The notes beneath the pieces are model-generated. The model made no database searches. It saw only the letters and a program-made list of their open reading frames with translations, and was not told the origin of the DNA. 30,872 bases of DNA. Source: a virus. Its lineage: Duplodnaviria > Caudoviricetes. The stretch lies in IMG/VR virus record IMGVR_UViG_3300034062_004747, positions 1 to 30,872 of that record, one strand, 5' to 3'. The first letter of the stretch is position 1. Every line of letters starts with the position of its first letter. Below, piece by piece: positions 10,201-19,200 of this stretch. Both the position numbers and the translations under genes were made by a program.

Positions 10201-13200
10201 GAGTGAAAGTCAGATTCGTCAGCAGTTTAAATTTTCATATTCTGGTGCAACACTAAAACTAGATGTGCGTGTTGACGACTCGCTGAACAATATACCACCA
10301 ATCAAATTATATGTGGGCTCAGTGTTTCAGGCACCGAGCACCTATAGCTATACTAGAACTAGCAATAGTACTACAATTACACTGGGCAAAACTTATGTGC
10401 TTGGTGATATTATTGAAGTAGCGGTTCTTAGTGGCCAAACCAGTCAAGTAGCGTTTTATCAAGTTCCAATTAACTTGCAGAACAATCCGTTAAACGGCAA
10501 CAGCGATAGTTTTACTCTGGGCACAATTCGTACTCATTACGAAAGTATCTGTGAAAATTTAACCACTGTGTCTGGAACCATCAATGGAGCCAACAACACA
10601 CGGGACCTTGGAAATATTGTTCCTTACGGCTTAACCATCCTGCAACAGAGCGCACCATTGACCCTGGCTGGATATTTCATGCGCAGCCCAACGTTCAATG
10701 TGTTTAGTTCGTTAAACTATAACGATCGCGAATACAACAAGTTTAAGTATCAATTGTTGGATGCAGTTACCAAACAAAATATTGAGTTTAACACCACTGC
10801 TCAGGTGTTGGACACAGCCATTGAAGAAATTACACTGGGTCGAGTTGAAACACAACCTTTCTATTGGTCAGACATGTTACCCAGTGGTGCAGTGTACACT
10901 ACCACAAACTACACAGTGAGTTTGACCAGCACAAATACTTTTGACACAGTACAAGTTTACAACTACACGTCAGCAAACTATCTTGGTATGAATGTATATC
11001 TCAACGATGTAATTCTTACTCGTGGAGTTGATTACACTGTGCCAGCAGACGGTCCGCGTATTGTGGTCAGTGCTGCATTGACACTGGGTGATCAGTTGAC
11101 CATTCAAGAATACACTGCAACCTACAGCAGCTTTGTTCCCAACACACCTACTAAAATGGGTTTGTATGCTGCGTATATTCCTGGTATTCTCACCCAACAA
11201 ACCAGCACTGGATTTATACAGGTCATACAAGGCCACGACGGGTCTATTACACCAATCTTTGGAGACCTACGTGACGATGTGTTGTTGGAGTTTGAAACTA
11301 GAATTTACAACAATCTCAAACTTGATGGCAATCCAGTTCCAATGACCATATACGATGTGTTACCAGGACAGTTTAGAGACACTGGGTTTACCTATGCTGA
11401 AATTAGCTCAGTGTTCAATGAAGATTTTTTGAACTATGTGGGTGGCAACAAGCTGGATTACAAATCCCAACAGTACATTGCTACCAATCAGTTTACCTGG
11501 AACTACAGTTCTGCACAAAACAAACTCAACAACGAAACGCTGTTGGGCGCCTGGCGCGGCATCTATCGTTATTTTTACGACACTGAACAACCTCAATATA
11601 CTCCTTGGGAAATGTTGGGCATCACAGAACAACCGTCTTGGTGGGAACTCACATATGGACCTGCTCCGTATACCTCTGGTAACACTGTGTTATGGGACGA
11701 TTTGGAAGCTGGCTTAGTAAATGATCCAATTGCTCCTTATGTAAAAACTGATTTTGTGCGTCCAGGGCTAAGTCAGGTGATTCCAGTAGATGACGAAGGT
11801 AACTTGTTGAGCCCGTTTGATTCTGTGGTTGGAACATATAACCAAACTCAATTCCAGAAAAGTTGGGCATCAGGTGACGGCAGTCCTGTTGAAGCGTCGT
11901 GGTGGAACAGCAGCAGCTATCCATTTGCAGTGATGCAAGTGTTGGCAGTGACTCGACCAGCTAAATTCTTTGCATTGTTTGCTGATCGTGATTTGTATCG
12001 TTACAGCGAAGAATATGGTCAGTACCTATACAATGAGAGATATCGTCTGGATGCAAACGGTGTTGAAGTGTACGGCGATGGCACAAGCAAAGCCAGTTAT
12101 ATCAACTGGATAGTAGACTACAATCGTCAAACTGGTGTTAACTCTACCACAGAACTCACCGCTGATCTCAAGAGCCTGGATGTGCGACTGTGTTATAGAA
12201 TGGCCAGCTTTAGCGACAAACAGTACATCAAGATTTATACTGAAAAGTCCAGTCCTAATTCAACCAATACTGCACTGTTGATACCTGACGAAAGCTATGA
12301 CTTGTTGTTGTACAAAAACCAACCGTTTGATCGTTCTAGTTATTCAGCGGTAGTTGTGCAAAAAGTTGACAATGGATATTCTGTATTTGGATATGGCACA
12401 AGTTTGCCTTATTTCAATATTCTTGAAAGCAAAGCCACCGGATTACTGCAAACAATTTCATCTGGTGGTGTGACTGTTCGTGTGCCCACGTTCTATACTA
12501 ACACAGTAACACAAGTTCCGTACGGTTTTATTTTTACAAATGAAACCAGTGTTTGCGATTTCTTACTGAGTTATGGCAAGTTACTGGAAAGAGAAGGACT
12601 AACTTTTACTGATCAGTCCAACGGCTATATCTTGACCTGGAATCAAATGTGTCAAGAATTCTTGTACTGGAGTCAGCAAGGATGGGATACCAACGCATTG
12701 TTGAACTTGAACCCGTTGGCAATGAAACTTACTGTGACCAGAGAACAAGCAATTGTTGACAGTATCAGGGTACAAACCATTGACAATGTGCTGCTAGATC
12801 AAAATCGCAGAGAACTAAACACTCGAAATCTAAATATTGTACGTATTGGAAATACTTTCAGTTGTGAGCCATTGACTAATCAAACATTGAGCTTTATTGA
12901 TCTCAAGTTTACAACATATGAACACATGATTGTACTGAACAATCAAAGTGTGTTTGGCGATTTAATTTATGCACCAATCACCGGCGCACGACAAAGCCGA
13001 TTGAACTTGGTTTGCGTGAATACCACAGACTGGACTGGACAAGTTGACGCACCTGGATTTATTCTCAATCAAGACAATGTTGAAGAATGGACAGGATTAC
13101 GAACTTATGCAAAAGGTGAAATTGTCAAATACAAAAATGTGTACTGGTCGGCTCTGACTATTGTTCAACCCAGTATCAAGTTTAATTTTGGCGACTGGAC

Positions 13201-16200
13201 TCAAAGTGATTACACACAACTTGAACTGGGACTGTTGCCAAACTTGAGCAACAAAGCCAATCAGTTGACCAACACCTACGATATCAATTCGGCCAACATT
13301 GAACGTGACAACGATTTGTTGTCGTATGGATTGATTGGATTCCGTCCTCGTCAGTACATGGCGGCACTGAATCTTGATGATGTGAGTCAGGTCAATGTGT
13401 ATCGTCAGTTCTTGGGATCCAAAGGCACCATCCTTAGCGCCGAATTGTTTTCCAATGCTAATCTTGGCAAAGAAGCTGCTGACTATGACATTTATGAAAA
13501 CTGGGCAGTTCAACGTGCTGTGTACGGTGCAAATGCTAACCGTAGCTTTTTTGAATTACGATTGAATCGTGCGTTGTTAAACTCTAACCCCAGCTTGGTA
13601 CAAGTGGTGTTGCCTGGTCAAGAATCTGAAGCTGACCAACCAATACTGTTGAGTGATGTGTGGCGACAAAGTTACAAGTTAACTAGCCCAGATATTTTAC
13701 CAACCACAACAGAACCAATTACTGATGCAGCATTGCCTACCGCCGGCTATGTGAATCTTGACGATGCTGACATCACAGTATTTGACATCAATGACTTGGC
13801 CAACGTCAATGCAAACATTGATCAAATAAGTGTGGGAACCAGTATTTGGGTTGCTAAAATAAACAACTACGACTGGAACATTTACCGTGCGCAAGCGGTA
13901 CCTGGCGCAATTCAGCACGTTTGCGACAACTTGGACAATACTAGTCGTGTGATCTTTAGTCAACAACACGGTCTTGTTGCAGGAGACACATTAATTATCA
14001 AGTTCTTTGATGTAGAAGTTGATGGAGTGTATGAAGTGGTGAGTGTGCCTAACCTTACCACAGTAAATATTGTATTCCAATTTGCAGGAGACCGTGTGGT
14101 TGCCAATGGCACAGGACTTGGATTTACTTTGCAAACCATGCGTGTGGCACAAGCAAGCGACATTGTTAACTTGCCATACGCTAATGATATACTGCCAGGT
14201 GCCAAAGTTTGGGTAGACAACAATGGATCTGGCAACTGGGAAGTTCTTGAAAAACAGGAAGTGTTTACAGATGTTGCACAAATCAGTCCATTGTTGTTGG
14301 ACGCAACAGAACACTTTGGATCTAGTGTTGCACAAGCAACCAACCGACTGGCCATGTTGGTTGGCAGTCCTCGTTACAATCATGCCAGCGGCAGCAATAC
14401 CGGCGCGGTATATGTGTATGTAAAAAACTACGGTGATCAATATTCACCAGTAAGTCCCGTAGCCAATGCTGACGGAATTCTTTCTTTGACCATTACAGGA
14501 GCCAGAGGTTTTGGTAATGCTGTAGACTTTGGCAACCAAGAATGGGCAGCAGCAGGTGCTAGTGCTAGCTGGGGACCAAACGGGGCCGGCGAAGCTGATT
14601 CAGGATATGCCGCAGTTATCTATCGAGATCCTGCACTGGGACAACCAGGTGTTAATCCTTATGCAGTTTGGCAATTGTTAACACAGCCTGGCACAACCAC
14701 CACTACCACACCGGGTGCTGGAGAATTTGGCTACAGCGTGGCTATGAGTCTTGATGAACGTTGGATGTATATTGGAGCACCTGGCCTCAACCAAGTACAT
14801 GCTTATGGTCGAGTAGACTGGGAACAACAATTTGTTAAAGCTCTAGGTAATGACAGCACCGCCAGTTATAACATTTCGCAGACAATTCAAATTGATGACG
14901 ATTCTCAATTGATTGTTACCATTGACGGACAGGTGCAGTTGCTGGGCACAGATTACACTGTTACACTTGCTGGCGGTGTGTACACCACAGTGGTGTTTAC
15001 TACCGCACCAGCAGCTGGGACTTTGGTTAACATTACTAGAATCTATGCCAAACAACTTGACGCACAAACTTATTTTGATGTAACTCAAAGTGCAACTTCT
15101 GGTGTTGGAGTTGGTGCTGAATTCACAATAGTGCGTGTTCGCAACGAAGTAGGACAACCAGGTTCAACTGACGGTCCCACTGTTGGAGTAACAACTGCTG
15201 GCACTGGCTATGTAAATGGAAACACAGTAACTATTGCTGCTAGCAGCTTTGGTGGTCAAGCAGATATTGTGCTAACAATAACAAGTGTTAGTGGTTCAGG
15301 CGGCATTACAGGATTTAATATTGCGTATGTTCCAGTGAGCTTGACCACAGTGTTTAGTCTAAATGAATTATTTTTCACAGTTGACAACATCTATTCGTTC
15401 AGTATCACAGTTGATGGAGAAATATATCGTCCCAACATTGATTATACATACAATGTTGGCACAGGTGATATTACTTTTGTAACTGTTCCAGCAGCAGGCA
15501 CTGTGATTGTTGCCACAGCTCAGGGGTATTTTGAATATGTCAACACTCTAACTACTGCTGGTCTCATTGCAGGAGATCGTTTTGGACAAAGCGTAAGTTG
15601 TTCAACCGATGGGCGTCAAATAATGATTGGTGCGCCTGATAAAACAGTAAATGGCAAAGTTGAAGCAGGCGCAGTGTATGTGTTTGACCGTAATGTACAA
15701 CGTTTCATTTATGGGGAAGATGGCAGCACTGTTGACTTTACCTTGCTTGGCACACCAGTTGGACCAATTAGCGTAATTGTTAATAATGTGTTCTTTGTCA
15801 ACGAGGCTGATTCAACAATTGGTGCTCCCAACAGTTTTTACTGGGACGGCGCAAACACAGTTACAATTGTCAACGCTGATTTAAGATTTGGTGATGTGAT
15901 TGAAATTGAAACCAACCAATTTTCACTGATACAAACAGTTTCTCAAGCCACCGTGGCTGAATTTTCAAACTTTGGTCAAAGTGTAGATTTGTGTGCTTAC
16001 AATTGCAGTTTGTATGTGGGCGAACCACAAAGCAGTATTCAAATCTTCAAAGGTGGAGTGGTAGAACGTGCAGTAAATCAAAGCCGTGTATACGGAACTG
16101 TCACCGCAGGCGCTGCCAATCCTGCACTGACTGCTGGCAATACTGTTCGTGTCAACAACATGGATGTGACTGTACCCAATGCTTGGAGTAGTCTGAGTAC

Positions 16201-19200
16201 CTACGCCAAGAACACTGTGGTATACAATTTAAGCGGTGGGACATACACAATTTATGTGTCCATACAGTCAGTACCATCAAGCACAGCAATTACCAACACT
16301 TCATACTGGCAATCAGTAACCACTACCACTGTGGCAGCAAGTGTCAGTGTGCGTGCCTTGGCTGCACAAATCAACGTCGCGGTACCTAATGTAAGTGCTA
16401 CTGTGAGTACCACTGGATACCTAACTGTTGCAGTAAAAAACAGTGCTGCGGCCGCAGAATTTAATAAACTACAAGTTGCACCTGGCAGTGTTGGAATAGC
16501 ATTCACCACACTGGATTTCAGCACCTTTGTTCATACACAAGTTATTGTTAGTCCGTATCCGGTAGAAATGGGTGGGTTTGGTGCAACTATCAGTATTGAT
16601 GATACTGCCACAGCGCTGGCCGTGGGCACACCGAACGGCACATTGTACCTGATTACGATATTCGACGACGGCACAACTGACTTCGACGTTGGTAGTACCA
16701 TATTCTTCAGCACTGTAAATCAAAGCGGTGCAGTGTACACATATGATTACTTGCCTAGTTCTAGCCCAAGTGTAACCAATCCAGGAAACTTTGTGTTTGG
16801 ACAACAAATTTCCAATAGCGAAGTAAAAGAATACGACCAGTTTGGCTTTGCCTTGAACTACACATCAGGTGTGTTGGTAGTAGGTGCGCCATACAACGAT
16901 GTAGAAGATAGCACAGCAGCATTTGGCAGAGTATTTGTGTTTGAAAATGCAAACCGTACACCAGCCTGGACAGTGCTGCGAGAGCAACAGCCTGTGGTTG
17001 ATATTCGACTGTTAAACTCGGTGTTTACATACGATAGAATCACCAGTGCAACCACTCAATTCTATGACTTCTTTGATCCATTGCAAGGCAAAATACTTGG
17101 CGCTGCAAGACAAAACATTGACTATATTTCGGGTATTGATCCAGCAAACTACAATATTGGGCCCACTGGCATTAACGGAGCAACTTGGACAGCAGAGCAT
17201 GTAGGACAAGTATGGTGGGATATCAGTAGTGTTAGATTTATTGATCCAAACCAGGACGACATTGTTTATGCTAGTCGTCGATGGGGTCAGGTATTTCCTG
17301 GATCAAGCATAGATGTATATCAATGGGTACTGAGTTCAGTACCACCTTCTGACTACACTGGCCCTGGCGTACCACAAAATACACTGAGCTACAGTATTAA
17401 CAGTCGTCTTGGTCGTGATGGCATTTTTGCTACAGAATATTATTTCTGGGTGCGCGGTGTTACAAGCACAGCCACTCAGCAAGGCAAAACACTCAGTGTA
17501 GAAACAGTGGCACAGTACATTGGTAATCCAAGAGGATCTGGTATCAGTTATGTTGCTCCGATCAATGCCAGCACAATTGCATTGTACAATGCTGGCGAAT
17601 ATATTGAAGCATTTGATACCGTAATCAACATTGAATTTGATAGAGAATACACCAATGACAATGTTCACGTTGAGTATGAACTGATTGGTCAAGATAAACC
17701 AGATGCATTCCTGAGCGATAACCTGTATCGAAAACTGCAAGACAGTTTCTGCGGTGTTGACACATTTGGTAATTTGGTTCCTGATCCAGGTTTAAGCATT
17801 GCTGAACGCTACGGCGTGCAGTTCCGCCCAAGGCAGAGCATGTTTGTTGATCGCTTTGACGCTCTTAAAAACTACTTGACTCGAGCCAACAATGTACTGG
17901 CTCTGTATCCCATTAGCGAAAGTCGCAGTTTTAATCTACTTAATTCAGCAGAACCAGAACCATCTGCAAACTCAGAATTATGGAACTTGCGAGTTGCTAA
18001 TTTAGAAATTTTGGGATTCCAAAATATCAATTCAGTTGCTCTAGGTTACAAGTATCTAGTGGTCAGTGACAGCGATAATCGGGGACTGTGGACAATCTAT
18101 ACTGTACAAGCAAATGATCAAGTGCCTGGCACCCGCGAATTATTGCTGACTAGAGTTCAAGGTTATAATACCACAGATTACTGGAGTTACATCAACTGGT
18201 ATCGTCCTGGTTATAATTCCAGCAGCAAAATTATTGCTGAAGTGGCCAATATTGCTGCACTAGATGTATTATCTGTGGCAGTTGGCAGCAGTGCAAAAGT
18301 CACAGCAAACAGTCAAGGTAAATTTGAGATTTATTTGCTAGAAGACACTGGTTGGAGTCGCGTTGGACTCGAAGACGGCACTATTGAATTCAGTGCTGAA
18401 CTATGGGACTACGCACTAGGACGATTTGGTTTTGACATTGAAGTGTTTGACGCTCAGTACTATGACCAAGAGCCAGTGATTGAAACACGAAAAATAATTC
18501 AGGCAATTAACGAAGAATTGTTTGTGGATGATCTAATATTAGAACGAAATCGTGCATTGACTCTGATGTTTAATTATGTGTTGAGCGAGTTCTCTGCACC
18601 TGAATGGCTGGTCAAAACTTCACTGATCGATGTTGATCATAGAATCCGCGATCTTACTCCGTACCAGAACTATCGTCAAGACAATCAAGAGTTTGTGTTG
18701 GACTATATTCAGGAAGTCAAACCTTATCATGTGCAAATACGTGAATTTAATTTAAGATACAATGGCTTTGATGATTTTCTTGGCACACTAACTGACTTTG
18801 ACTTGCCTGCATACTATGACACTACTCTGACCGTTCCTCAGTATACTAGTCCAATCTTACTGCCATACGATCACGGCACTGCCCAAGTCAGCAATGTGCT
18901 TAGTGATTTACCATCAACTAGCACAGTATGGAGCAATTTTCCGTACAATCAATGGTACAACAACTATCTGTTGACAGTTACATCTATTGAAATGATTACT
19001 GGTCGTTTTGGTACAGGCTATACTGAACCGCCACAGGTAATTATTACTGGAGATGCAGTTGAACCTGCGGAAGCAGAAGCCATCATCAACAGTCTTGGAC
19101 AAGTTGTAGCGGTAACAGTTACCAATCCAGGTTCGGGCTACAACACCATTCCTGTTGTGACGTTTGATGGCGGCAACGGATCTGGTGCTCAAGCAGTTGT

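Noticed and set aside
12830-14069. TAAATA hexamers inside the giant ORF (12831 and 14064)
   Set aside because: They are intragenic with no gene start nearby, and such hexamers are expected by chance in AT-rich DNA.
14687-14716. Poly-Thr tract PGTTTTTTPG
   Set aside because: It uses mixed codons, so it is a linker rather than a phase-variable simple repeat.
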